Shown in pieces: positions 9,495 through 18,741 of a DNA stretch of 57,587 nt (within the stretch, counting starts at the first letter, position 1; each line of letters begins with the position of its first letter). The stretch covers positions 1-57,587 of the forward strand of contig SDNZ01000004.1 of assembly GCA_004524565.1 (NCBI GenBank), written 5' to 3'. The notes beneath the pieces are model-generated. The model made no database searches. It worked only from the letters and a program-made list of their open reading frames with translations, and was not told the DNA's origin. This DNA comes from Candidatus Thorarchaeota archaeon. GTDB taxonomy: Archaea > Asgardarchaeota > Thorarchaeia > Thorarchaeales > Thorarchaeaceae. Both the position numbers and the translations under genes were made by a program.

Positions 9495-10293
9495 GGCGAT
9501 CAATTCCTGAGTCATGGGTCATGCAATATCTATGGCCCGAGTGTTCCACAATCCTCGCTGTAGGTCCATATACCTTCTTGATCAATTCAGGGTCCATTAT
9601 ACTACACGGTTCACCTAACCCGATTACTGTGTTCTTCAGTAGTAACACATCTTCAACAAGGGTATGAATCGGATTCAAGTCATGAGTTACCATTATTATG
9701 CTAACATCATTCTCTTTGTGATATCTACCCAATGCCTCAACAATGAGATTCTGACTCTCAACATCAGTTCCTGCTAATGGTTCGTCCAGTACGAGAATAG
9801 ACCCCTCACTTGCTAACGCCCGAGCGACCAAGACGCGCTGTCGTTGTCCTCCTGACAGTTCAGGAAATGGACGTTCCCATAGCTCTTCCATATTCACTTG
9901 CTGTAATGCATCCTTTGCGATTGCAATGTCCTTAGAAGTAGCAAATCTAGGAGGTAGTTTCTTGAGCAATCTACCCATCAGAACGATGTCTTTCACCTTC
10001 ATCGGTATTGCAAGGTCGATACGGTCTCGCTGTGGAACATATCTTACCAATTTTCGAATCTTCCCTGATTTCTTCTGTGAATCATAGCCCATCACCTTGA
10101 TGGTTCCTCGTGATGGTTTGATAAGACCAAGGGAAGTCTTGACGAGAGTCGATTTTCCTGAACCATTTGGACCGATTATAGCCATGAAACTAGGTGACTT
10201 GATCTCAAAGGATACATGATGAAGTGCAAGATCACCATTAGAGTACCGAACTGCCAGGTCGCGTACTTGAAGCAAGGGTGTTGTTGCAGCCAT
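9487..10293 (-). CDS. znuC: Metal ABC transporter ATPase
   Basis: GPNGSGKST, YVPQ, LSGGQRQR, LDEP, VTHD. Confidence 0.92.
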   Translation of the reverse strand: MAATTPLLQVRDLAVRYSNGDLALHHVSFEIKSPSFMAIIGPNGSGKSTLVKTSLGLIKPSRGTIKVMGYDSQKKSGKIRKLVRYVPQRDRIDLAIPMKVKDIVLMGRLLKKLPPRFATSKDIAIAKDALQQVNMEELWERPFPELSGGQRQRVLVARALASEGSILVLDEPLAGTDVESQNLIVEALGRYHKENDVSIIMVTHDLNPIHTLVEDVLLLKNTVIGLGEPCSIMDPELIKKVYGPTARIVEHSGHRYCMTHDSGIDRHD

Positions 10294-10691
10294 TACTTTC
10301 CACCACCAACAAGACTGATGTCAACTTTCATTACTTTCTTCTGAGAACGCAGTTCTTTGAAAAAACTACGGACCGTTTCAGCGCCAGTTGTCAGAATCAT
10401 AACTTCTGTACAATGTCCATCTGTTGTATGTGCATGAATCGTTGCTATAATGAATTCTCGATATTTGTGCTGTACTGAGCTTATGTTGTGGCCTTGACCC
10501 TTTTTATAATAGACTGCAGTGATTACTGCGGTAATTTCCCCTTGAGCAATCTCAACATTTAGATGCTCAATCATTAGTGATTGAACTGCATGACGTACGA
10601 CCTCGGACCTGTTTGAGAACTTCCCTTGAGCTTGTAGAAATTCTAACTCCTCAAGATCTTGATCGGTCATTGATACGGCTACGATTGGTAT
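10293..10691 (-). CDS. nikR: NikR-family (RHH + ACT) metal-responsive regulator
   Basis: NRSEVVR, VQH, HAHTTDGHC metal ligands. The RHH beta-strand (PIVAVS) lies upstream of ATG 10670, implying an ATA start at 10691. Confidence 0.8.
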   Translation of the reverse strand: MPIVAVSMTDQDLEELEFLQAQGKFSNRSEVVRHAVQSLMIEHLNVEIAQGEITAVITAVYYKKGQGHNISSVQHKYREFIIATIHAHTTDGHCTEVMILTTGAETVRSFFKELRSQKKVMKVDISLVGGGK

Positions 10692-10807
10692 TCACAGCAC
10701 CTCACATATTTCTGAGTTAGTAACTATTTCACAATCCTTAATAATTTACTTTTGCAGGATTTTACTTGGTTGAGTGATTAGACCATTCGAGGTTCTGGTG
10801 AGAATTA

Positions 10808-11875
10808 GTGAATAGGAAGATATCTGTTCTGGTTCCAATTGCATTGCTGTTAGTTCCCCTCATTATGAGCGGTATAACAATAGAAGTTGAAGCACAGGTA
10901 CACCCTGTTCATAATGTCGCGGTTTCTGTTGCCTCGTTAGCAGGAATAGTTGAAGAAGTTGGGGGTTCATTGATTAATACCTCAATCCTGATGGAGCAAG
11001 AAGCTGATCCTCATGCATTTTCAATAGAGCCACAGATACTTGCCATAGCTGATGCAGCAGATCTATTGGTATTTACGGGACATTTTCATTGGGAAGAAGA
11101 GTTAGCTATTCAAACTTCGACACCATTTATCACATTTCACAATGAAAGTGCATGGGAGAGTTACGAGGACTTTGGAGCAGCATTCTCCCCAATGCCCGGT
11201 GGTGTGGAAGTTGCGAGTGAGCAGGAACATGAACACGATGGAAATCCGCATGCATACTGGTTACTACCAAAGAATGCTGTAGCCATAGCTAATGCAACAC
11301 GTGCAGCATTAACCACATTAGATGCAACTTTGACATCCGCTTGGGAAGCAAACTTTGCTACTTTTGTGGAGAAGATGGACAGCCTTCAACTTCTAATCAG
11401 TGATCTCAACGAGGTCCATGAATTCTCACAGTTGCGCGCAATTTGTGTTGCGCCTGCAGAAGCCTATGTTGCAGAGGCTTTTGGAATTCAGTGTGATGCA
11501 GTTCTTCAAATTGAAGACATTACATTGTCGGGGGCGAAACTGCTTGAGGTCCAGTCAGCTATACGAAATGGTTCAGTTCAGTTAATTCTTGGTTCCGATG
11601 TAGCTCAATTTCAGGCAGGAGGGGAGTTTGCATATCAAATACAATCGGATTACGGTGGAACTCTCATCTGGTGGAAGACAGTTTTCTATTCAGAAGCGGA
11701 TTACTTCTCAATGATGACATTCAATCTTGGAGCTCTTGTTTCTGGAATAGAGGGTAGATCTGGGGGTAGCATTAATCAGACACTGAACATAGGTCTTCTC
11801 GCTCTTACAATTGTTATTGGGTTCATTGCCTTGCTTGAAGCAGTCCTCTTAATTCAAAGAGCTAGAGCAGAATAA
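10808..11875 (+). CDS. znuA: Metal ABC substrate-binding protein (ZnuA/TroA cluster), with signal peptide and C-terminal TM anchor
   Basis: ADPHAF, His-rich loop EHEHDG, NPHAYWL. Confidence 0.88.
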   Translation: MNRKISVLVPIALLLVPLIMSGITIEVEAQVHPVHNVAVSVASLAGIVEEVGGSLINTSILMEQEADPHAFSIEPQILAIADAADLLVFTGHFHWEEELAIQTSTPFITFHNESAWESYEDFGAAFSPMPGGVEVASEQEHEHDGNPHAYWLLPKNAVAIANATRAALTTLDATLTSAWEANFATFVEKMDSLQLLISDLNEVHEFSQLRAICVAPAEAYVAEAFGIQCDAVLQIEDITLSGAKLLEVQSAIRNGSVQLILGSDVAQFQAGGEFAYQIQSDYGGTLIWWKTVFYSEADYFSMMTFNLGALVSGIEGRSGGSINQTLNIGLLALTIVIGFIALLEAVLLIQRARAE

Positions 11876-11882
11876 ACAACTT

Positions 11883-12206
11883 CTACTTGATATCAGTGCC
11901 AAGTCGCATGTTGTAGATTGCAGTTTCTAATTCGGTTAGTTCATCCTGGAGTTTTGGATACTTCTCCTCAAATTCACCAGAACCTATTAGACCAGCTTTC
12001 TTATCGGTCACGAGCTGCTTCAGAGCCCGTTGACATTGCTGTATTTTGTTCTTGAGCTGTTCCCATTCCTCTTTATTTTCATTCAATGATTCATTCCAAC
12101 TCGAACTTGATGTCGCACCTTGTTCCAACTTCTGAACAAGGTCATCGAGTGTTTCTTTGATTTCTGCAGGATCACTTGTGGATTCACGGTCGCTCAAGAT
12201 TGACAC
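11883..12206 (-). CDS. Small coiled-coil hypothetical protein
   Basis: Heptad-like helices; fills the gap between convergent genes. Confidence 0.65.
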   Translation of the reverse strand: MSILSDRESTSDPAEIKETLDDLVQKLEQGATSSSSWNESLNENKEEWEQLKNKIQQCQRALKQLVTDKKAGLIGSGEFEEKYPKLQDELTELETAIYNMRLGTDIK

Positions 12207-12260
12207 AACTCAGTGTATTATCATTTTAGAAACGATATATGCCTTCAGATTGAGCGGTTA

Positions 12261-13217
12261 CTATCCGAATAGGAATGGGACAAAGAAGATAACTGGAAGT
12301 AGTAGTAAAGTGCCAACAGTGACTATAGTGGCTGCTTTTTCAGAGTCAAGTTTGAAACTTTTAGCATAGACTACGGTCAGAACTGCTGGTGGCATCAATG
12401 CTTCCAGAACAAGAATAGATGCAGGTAACTGTGAGAGTCCTGAGAATGCTATCACTGGAAAGACCATGAGGGGAATGAGAAATTGTCGAATACCAACAAC
12501 CTCCAGGGCTGCACGTATCTCAACTAATGAAAAGCGTATACCTATACCGAGTCCTACAGCTATCAGAGCTAAGTATGTTGTAATCGGTCCAGAAAATGAG
12601 AGAATATAGGCAATATCTCCGGGAAGTTGAAAATTAACAAGGAAAAGAATCACAGCAATAATTGCAGCGATGAATGGTGGAAAGGTAAGTGCATCTTTTG
12701 TGATCTTACTATATCCTCCATTTTCACCTCCGAACATTGCTCCCATGAATGAGCCAAGGGTGGCTAGGAGAGTCATCTGTGTAAGGGAGAATATGATAAC
12801 GACTGGTAATCCAATGGTTCCTACAAACATCAGCACAAGCGGGAGAGGGATGAATAGTGCATTGTTGAAGGTGACGCAGATGTAAAAGACTCCTTTTGTG
12901 GAATTGTCATAGTCACGTCTTTTGAGATGAAGATACATCAATGCAGGACCAAGCAAATGAATAAGGAGTATTATGGTGATAATGGTTGGAAGCTCGGTTA
13001 GTGTATCAGGAGCGGAAGTGAGCAGGGTGTAAATGAATAAAATCGGTATTAGAAGGTTAATCAATAATAGATTGAGATACTGACTAGTTTCCTTTCCTTT
13101 ACCAGATAGTCTAGCAAGAAGGTAACCAATCAGTATGAATCCGTAAAACAGACCAAACTGTATTGCTGTATCGACAATCGTTTGAATGGAAAACACCCTT
13201 GTTTTACCCGAAACCAC
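12261..13217 (-). CDS. AEC (auxin efflux carrier) family transporter
   Basis: NNALFIPLP, EALMPPAV, about 10 TM segments; start uncertain. Confidence 0.85.
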   Translation of the reverse strand: MVSGKTRVFSIQTIVDTAIQFGLFYGFILIGYLLARLSGKGKETSQYLNLLLINLLIPILFIYTLLTSAPDTLTELPTIITIILLIHLLGPALMYLHLKRRDYDNSTKGVFYICVTFNNALFIPLPLVLMFVGTIGLPVVIIFSLTQMTLLATLGSFMGAMFGGENGGYSKITKDALTFPPFIAAIIAVILFLVNFQLPGDIAYILSFSGPITTYLALIAVGLGIGIRFSLVEIRAALEVVGIRQFLIPLMVFPVIAFSGLSQLPASILVLEALMPPAVLTVVYAKSFKLDSEKAATIVTVGTLLLLPVIFFVPFLFG

Positions 13218-13310
13218 CTGCGGAAATAGGTAACGGAAGAGGATGAATTTTCACAACAACCTTTTCTGTAAATTTGCACTCAATGAGAGTTGGTACTATA
13301 GGAGGTTAGA

Positions 13311-13652
13311 CTGCTGACATCAGAAGATGAGATTCTTAAAGCCATTCAGAACATGGTGAAAAAAGCTGAAGAACCAAAGATGCAGAAGCGGTTTGCCAAC
13401 TATAGCAAAACTCTACTCATGTCATTTGAGGATCTTGAAATTAACCTTTCAATTTCATTCGTAGATGGGAAAGGGACAGTTGAGAGAGGGGGAATTCCAG
13501 AACCGAATATGACAGTCAAAACTGATAGCAGAACAATCCTTGACATCCTAAGTGGTAATCTCTCTGCTATGCGGGCGTTCATGAGTGGGAAAATCAAAGC
13601 CGATGGACCTGCAAAAGACCTGATGAAATTGCAGCATCTATTGAAAGCATGA
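13311..13652 (+). CDS. SCP2 sterol-carrier-domain protein
   Basis: ILSGNLSAMRAFMSGKIKADG motif. GGAGG at 13301 points to a CTG start at 13311; the ORF-track ATG is 13353. Confidence 0.82.
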   Translation: MLTSEDEILKAIQNMVKKAEEPKMQKRFANYSKTLLMSFEDLEINLSISFVDGKGTVERGGIPEPNMTVKTDSRTILDILSGNLSAMRAFMSGKIKADGPAKDLMKLQHLLKA

Positions 13653-13661
13653 TTTTCTTTT

Positions 13662-15440
13662 CTAGAGATTGATGTCTAGTAACTGCAATGCTTCTTCAGA
13701 GGGATAACCTGTGTTTCTATCCCATTTTCGATATTCGTAGTAGTCTTTCAGTTGCATATCCACATCGGGAACAAAATCATCGGTTACGCTTTCAGGATGG
13801 GGTTTCAACAGAGCGAGGGGGAGTTTTTCATCCTCGGTACGCAATCCACATCGCAGATTGAAGAGCCGCTTCATAGTTACAGCTCGTGCACCAATAGTGA
13901 GAATATCCTCAACTTTAAGAGACACCCCAATCGCCATATTCAACAGTGTAATTGTTGTCGAGGGAGGCACAATTGCAAAATGACACATGATTGCAGAATC
14001 AAAGAACGCCCTGAAGTCCTGAGCCTTAGCAGCTGTCAGACCTTTTCCTTCATTCTCTAACCTGTCACCGCCAACAATGCCAAGTTCGCGTACATCAGCC
14101 CCCATGTCAATTGAGTACATGTCACCTTCAAGATGCGTTGCTCCGCGTGAGGCGATTGTATAGACAGCTGTCATCCCCGAGAAGGCACGAGGGTCATGAT
14201 TAGGAATTTCAAGACCTCTGACATGAAGGACTGATTCCTCTGCATTATGCTTCTTACCTAGGGCGAGGGATCCTTCAGCGAGAATATTCCCCATACCGTT
14301 TCTTTGAGCGATATTATGGATAGTATCTATCACCATATCAGGGTCATCCCAGTTGAAACCATAGTCAGCCTTTCCAATATCACATAGATGAGTGGCTAAG
14401 GCAATAGTACTACCACAACTGATCGTATCCATGCCATATTGATTGCAGAGATGATTCATTAGAACTATCTTCTTCAAATCGGAAATTAGTAAGTTAGAAC
14501 CGAAGGCTGTAATTGTCTGGTACTCAGGTCCAGCAATGTTCTCTAAGTCATACTCGACAACGGACACTCTTCTACCACAAGCAATAGGGCAGGAATAACA
14601 TGCTGATCGACCAGTGAGAAGCTCACTTAGCGACTTTCCGTTGATTAATTCGATATCATCAAACTCAATCTCTTGAAAGTACTTGATTGGAATATCGTTA
14701 AACATCATACCTATGTCTAGATACATGTTAGTACCTTGATCACGGAGCATGTACATAGCTTCGCCAAGAATCTTAGATGACGAGAGTGCAAGTTCCTTGA
14801 ATTCATCGGGTGATGCCAAAGGTATATCGTTGGATCCGTTCACTGTTATTGCTTTCAGTTTCTTTGAACCCATCACTGCACCTAATCCACATCTTGCCGC
14901 CACTCGTTCATCATTCACAATACTAGCAAATTTAACTAGATTCTCACCAGCTGGACCAATACAAGAAACCTGCCTTCTTCCATAGTTCTTCTTCAGGGTC
15001 GTCTGAGTGTCCGATGTTGTCATACCCCACAGGTCATCAGCAGGTATGAGTTCAGATTCTCCATCTTCAATCTGAAGCGTAACTGGAGTGTTAGATGCAC
15101 CTTTGATGAGAATCCCATCAAATCCGGATGCTCTCATTCTTTCACCAAAATGGCCGCCAGCATGAGACTCACCCCAGAGGCCTGTGATGGGGGACTTTCC
15201 ACAGATAACATGACGCCCGGTACTTGGCGCAAGGGTTCCTGTTAAGGGACCAGTCATGAATAATAGTGTGTTATTGGGACCAAGAGGATCTGCCTTTGGA
15301 TCAATCATATCATAAAGTAAACGACTGGCATACCCACTTCCTCCGAGGAATTTAGATGTGATTTTCTCATCAGTGAGAAGTATACTTGTTTCCTTCTTAG
15401 TGAGGTCTGCAACCAAGATTTTCCCGCAGTAGCCAAACAT
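13662..15440 (-). CDS. aor: Tungsten-type aldehyde:ferredoxin oxidoreductase family protein
   Basis: GYCGKIL, KSPITG, GLGAVMGSKKLKA, CYSCPIAC, GPEYQT, GMDTIS. Confidence 0.92.
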   Translation of the reverse strand: MFGYCGKILVADLTKKETSILLTDEKITSKFLGGSGYASRLLYDMIDPKADPLGPNNTLLFMTGPLTGTLAPSTGRHVICGKSPITGLWGESHAGGHFGERMRASGFDGILIKGASNTPVTLQIEDGESELIPADDLWGMTTSDTQTTLKKNYGRRQVSCIGPAGENLVKFASIVNDERVAARCGLGAVMGSKKLKAITVNGSNDIPLASPDEFKELALSSSKILGEAMYMLRDQGTNMYLDIGMMFNDIPIKYFQEIEFDDIELINGKSLSELLTGRSACYSCPIACGRRVSVVEYDLENIAGPEYQTITAFGSNLLISDLKKIVLMNHLCNQYGMDTISCGSTIALATHLCDIGKADYGFNWDDPDMVIDTIHNIAQRNGMGNILAEGSLALGKKHNAEESVLHVRGLEIPNHDPRAFSGMTAVYTIASRGATHLEGDMYSIDMGADVRELGIVGGDRLENEGKGLTAAKAQDFRAFFDSAIMCHFAIVPPSTTITLLNMAIGVSLKVEDILTIGARAVTMKRLFNLRCGLRTEDEKLPLALLKPHPESVTDDFVPDVDMQLKDYYEYRKWDRNTGYPSEEALQLLDINL

Positions 15441-16076
15441 CTAGTATCCACTCATCATTTCCCAGAGGTCTTGTTCATCTTCTACAACTTCATCCGGAAG
15501 GTGTTTTGGAGTTCCAATCTGTTTTGAAATCATGTAAATCTTACAGGTTCTTTCAAGAACCATGGCTAAATGAAGAGCCTTCTCGAGAGTTTTTGCTATG
15601 CAGACAGCTCCATGATTAGCAATCAGAGCTGCACTCCTATCCTCGATTGCCTTTCTAACATTGGCTCCAAGTTGTTTCGTACCAGGTATCGCATACTCAG
15701 TGACTCTAATATGAGAACCTAATTTGGGTACAGTTTCATCAATAATTGGAGGTAGTGACTCATTCAAAACAGCCATTGCAGAAGCATAGATGCTATGGGT
15801 ATGAACTACAGCACCTACAACAGAGCGAGTGTTGTAAAGTTCGAGATGCATCTGCCATTCAACACTAGGATTTCTTGTTCCTTCTATGACCTCTCCGTCA
15901 AGATCAATCACAACCATATCATCAGCTTTCATATCAGCATAATGGATAGAACTCGGAGTGATGACGATATAGTCGTCTACTCTCACACTCGCATTTCCTG
16001 AAGATCCTATCACTAGATCTTTCTCAACCATCTTTTGACAGATTTCTAGTAATTCTTTCTTTGTATCTTCGTACAC
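15441..16076 (-). CDS. Class II aldolase (FucA-like)
   Basis: SGNAS, ITPS, PSVEWQMH, HTHS, NHG; start moved to GTG 16076. Confidence 0.9.
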   Translation of the reverse strand: MYEDTKKELLEICQKMVEKDLVIGSSGNASVRVDDYIVITPSSIHYADMKADDMVVIDLDGEVIEGTRNPSVEWQMHLELYNTRSVVGAVVHTHSIYASAMAVLNESLPPIIDETVPKLGSHIRVTEYAIPGTKQLGANVRKAIEDRSAALIANHGAVCIAKTLEKALHLAMVLERTCKIYMISKQIGTPKHLPDEVVEDEQDLWEMMSGY

Positions 16077-16077
16077 T

Positions 16078-17577
16078 TCAATCACCTTCGCACCACATAC
16101 TCTTCCACTTGGTATAGTAAGACTCGTAGAGAGTTGCTCTACCATCAGGTTCAGATACAGGTCTCCATTTCACCATATTCTTTGCGGAATCAGATAATGA
16201 GGAATAGTGACCTACCCCCTTTACAGCACATATTGCAGCCCCAATGAGACTACCCTCAGGCTGTATGGGTGTATGGACTGGTTTTCCAATGACATTCGCC
16301 AGAAGGATAGACCATATTTTCGACTGTGTCATTCCACCGATTGTCTTGATACTACTGAACTCTTGGTGTGCTTCCAGCTGTTCCAAATTCCCACGAGCAG
16401 CATATGCGATATTTTCAAGAACCGCATGAATCATAGTTTTAGCGGTTAATGGGACAATTTGAGGCAAAGCAGGTTGGGGAAATCTCATCCTTGCCTGTTT
16501 TACATCAGTGATTCTTTGACAATCCATAATACTTGGGCCCAATCCTATGAGGGTCTCATTACTTCCGGGAGGAATATCAACAAGTAGTTCATCCAAAGTA
16601 TTCAACGTGGTCTTCACGCAATCCGCAGGATTCTCTGCACGGTCACATAACAATCGAACAACCCATTCTAGATTGGCACCTGTAAGAGTTGCATTACTCT
16701 CTAGCACCCATCTACCTTTTTGTAAATCACAACCGGTCCAAATCTTCTGCTCCGGATCACAATACAAATCATCCAATATCATCATCACAGGTGCAGTACT
16801 TCCTGCAATGATAACAACTTCATTTGGTTGTGCATCGCTTGCCAACAGTGCACAATGAGTGTCAGCAGCACCTTGCACTATAGGTAGTCCTTTCGGAAGT
16901 CCACATTCTTTCGCAGCTTCTGTAGTTATTTCGCCGATAACTGATCCGGGTTCATATATCTCGGGTAGAATGTCTCTGGAAACGCCTACTGCTTCTATGA
17001 CCTCATCACTCCATTCACATTGGCGAATATCTAAGAATCCTGTAGCACTTCCCGATGATGGATCAGTGACAAAGATATTCCCAAGTTTATAGGATATCCA
17101 GTCATTGATTGGTAGCAGATGTGCAATAGACTCAAAGAGGTTAGGTTCTTCTTCTTCAAACCATGATAATCTTGAGGGAGAGAACATGAGAGGTGGCCAA
17201 CATCCAGTAATTTCATGATACCTCGCTCCAAGAGATTCTTCAATGATGTATTGTGTCATTGCTCCTCGAGCATCAATATTGGGTCCTGCATAGACCTCCT
17301 TTCCTTTGGCATCAAGAAAAACAGAGCCATGTCTCTGGCTTGTGGTTGCAACTGACTCCAAAGTGCTTGGGGTAATTCCGGAAGTTTTGACCGCCTCTTT
17401 CACTACTGTACAGATCAGATGCCAAAAGTGGGTGGGATCAAACTCCTTAGCAATCTCCAAATCGGGAGGTGTGATATAATCCCAATTTCTGCGACTAATA
17501 CTGATTGGAACACCATCAGGTCGTACTAACATGCACCGCACTCCTGTAGTGCCTGCATCAATTGCTACTACAACCAA
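16078..17577 (-). CDS. FGGY-family carbohydrate kinase, LsrK/AI-2-kinase-like subfamily
   Basis: IDAGTT, EFDP, TSQR, PNIDARG, ADT, IGG. Confidence 0.85.
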   Translation of the reverse strand: MVVVAIDAGTTGVRCMLVRPDGVPISISRRNWDYITPPDLEIAKEFDPTHFWHLICTVVKEAVKTSGITPSTLESVATTSQRHGSVFLDAKGKEVYAGPNIDARGAMTQYIIEESLGARYHEITGCWPPLMFSPSRLSWFEEEEPNLFESIAHLLPINDWISYKLGNIFVTDPSSGSATGFLDIRQCEWSDEVIEAVGVSRDILPEIYEPGSVIGEITTEAAKECGLPKGLPIVQGAADTHCALLASDAQPNEVVIIAGSTAPVMMILDDLYCDPEQKIWTGCDLQKGRWVLESNATLTGANLEWVVRLLCDRAENPADCVKTTLNTLDELLVDIPPGSNETLIGLGPSIMDCQRITDVKQARMRFPQPALPQIVPLTAKTMIHAVLENIAYAARGNLEQLEAHQEFSSIKTIGGMTQSKIWSILLANVIGKPVHTPIQPEGSLIGAAICAVKGVGHYSSLSDSAKNMVKWRPVSEPDGRATLYESYYTKWKSMWCEGD

Positions 17578-18576
17578 TTAGCCATACACCTCCGGATTCA
17601 GGATGTTCTTTGGCATATCACCCCTAGCAAATGCGAGGATATTGTCAACAATAATTCGAGTTTGGCGTTCAAGGGTGTCAATTGTATTCCCACCCATATG
17701 AGGCATTACAGTGACATTATCTAATTCTAAGAATTCATTGTCGGAGTCTACAGGTTCCGTTGAAAAGACATCTAGACCAGCACCTGCGATAGTTCCCTTT
17801 TTCAGAGCATCAAGAAGTGCGTGTTCATCTACCACTGATGCTCGTGCTGTGTTTATCAAAATCGTAGTCTTCTTCATCTTTTGAAACTCTTTTGCACCTA
17901 GCATCCCTCTTGTTTCATCCGTTGAAGGGCAGTGTAATGTGATGATGTCAGAGTTCTTCAGAAGCTCGTCGAGTTCTACACGTCTTCCGTTGACTTCCTG
18001 AACCTTATTCGAATCAGCATAAGGATCTAACACTAGAATCTCTACATCGAAAGCAAGCAACCGTTTAGCCACTTCATAGCCGATCTGGCCTAACCCGATG
18101 AAGCCAACAGTTCGACCAGAGAGCTCGAAACCCATGAGGCGCTTGTACATAGTTCCAAAGTCCTTGAAATCATCTACAAAGAATTCACTCTTGAGTAGAC
18201 GTTCTGCCGCAACTATGTTCCTTGCTTGAGCGAGCATGAGTGCAATAGTAAGTTCAGCAACTGCAATTGTATTTCTCCCAGGCACTGCGATAACAGGTAT
18301 ATTCTTGGCAGTAGCAGCTTGCAGGGAGATATTATTAGGAGACCCTCGAACGGAACCAATCAGTTTCAATTCAGTCTGTTCGATTATTTCTTCTCTGATC
18401 TCATCACCCTCTACAATGACAATGTCATAGTTACCATTTCGGATAGTTTCAAACAAAGACCCGCCCAGATGTAACCTACCAGTGTCAAGCCAACTGTGAT
18501 AGTTGACCTCAAATCCACTAGCTCGCAATTCCTCTAGCCCTGACTCGGTGAAGGGAGCTGTGATGAGCACTCGCAA
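17578..18576 (-). CDS. D-isomer-specific 2-hydroxyacid dehydrogenase
   Basis: GLGQIG, INTARA, LDVF, PHMGG. Confidence 0.9.
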   Translation of the reverse strand: MRVLITAPFTESGLEELRASGFEVNYHSWLDTGRLHLGGSLFETIRNGNYDIVIVEGDEIREEIIEQTELKLIGSVRGSPNNISLQAATAKNIPVIAVPGRNTIAVAELTIALMLAQARNIVAAERLLKSEFFVDDFKDFGTMYKRLMGFELSGRTVGFIGLGQIGYEVAKRLLAFDVEILVLDPYADSNKVQEVNGRRVELDELLKNSDIITLHCPSTDETRGMLGAKEFQKMKKTTILINTARASVVDEHALLDALKKGTIAGAGLDVFSTEPVDSDNEFLELDNVTVMPHMGGNTIDTLERQTRIIVDNILAFARGDMPKNILNPEVYG

Positions 18577-18639
18577 TAAGTAGGACCTCCACTTTCAGAA
18601 GAAGCTAGTATTGAATCGTCCCTTTAAACATTCATCGAA

Positions 18640-18690
18640 ACATTGTACTTCACACTAGTTTGCATCACAAACCTCGATGTAGTTCAAAGA
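18640..18690. promoter_or_regulatory. Three abutting 17-bp TG-N5-CA sites (candidate operator array)
   Basis: ACATTGTACTTCACACT, AGTTTGCATCACAAACC, TCGATGTAGTTCAAAGA, followed by TTTATAT at 18701. Confidence 0.5.
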
Positions 18691-18741
18691 TTGTCCATTC
18701 TTTATATTCATTCTATTCTCACTATATGCTAGTGAATTATA

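Noticed and set aside
15438-15443. In-frame TAG-ATG junction (also at 36198-36203) as pyrrolysine readthrough fusion
   Set aside because: TAG is a common genuine stop throughout this window, a TAA junction of the same kind exists at 17577-17580, and no pyl genes are present. Translational coupling explains it.
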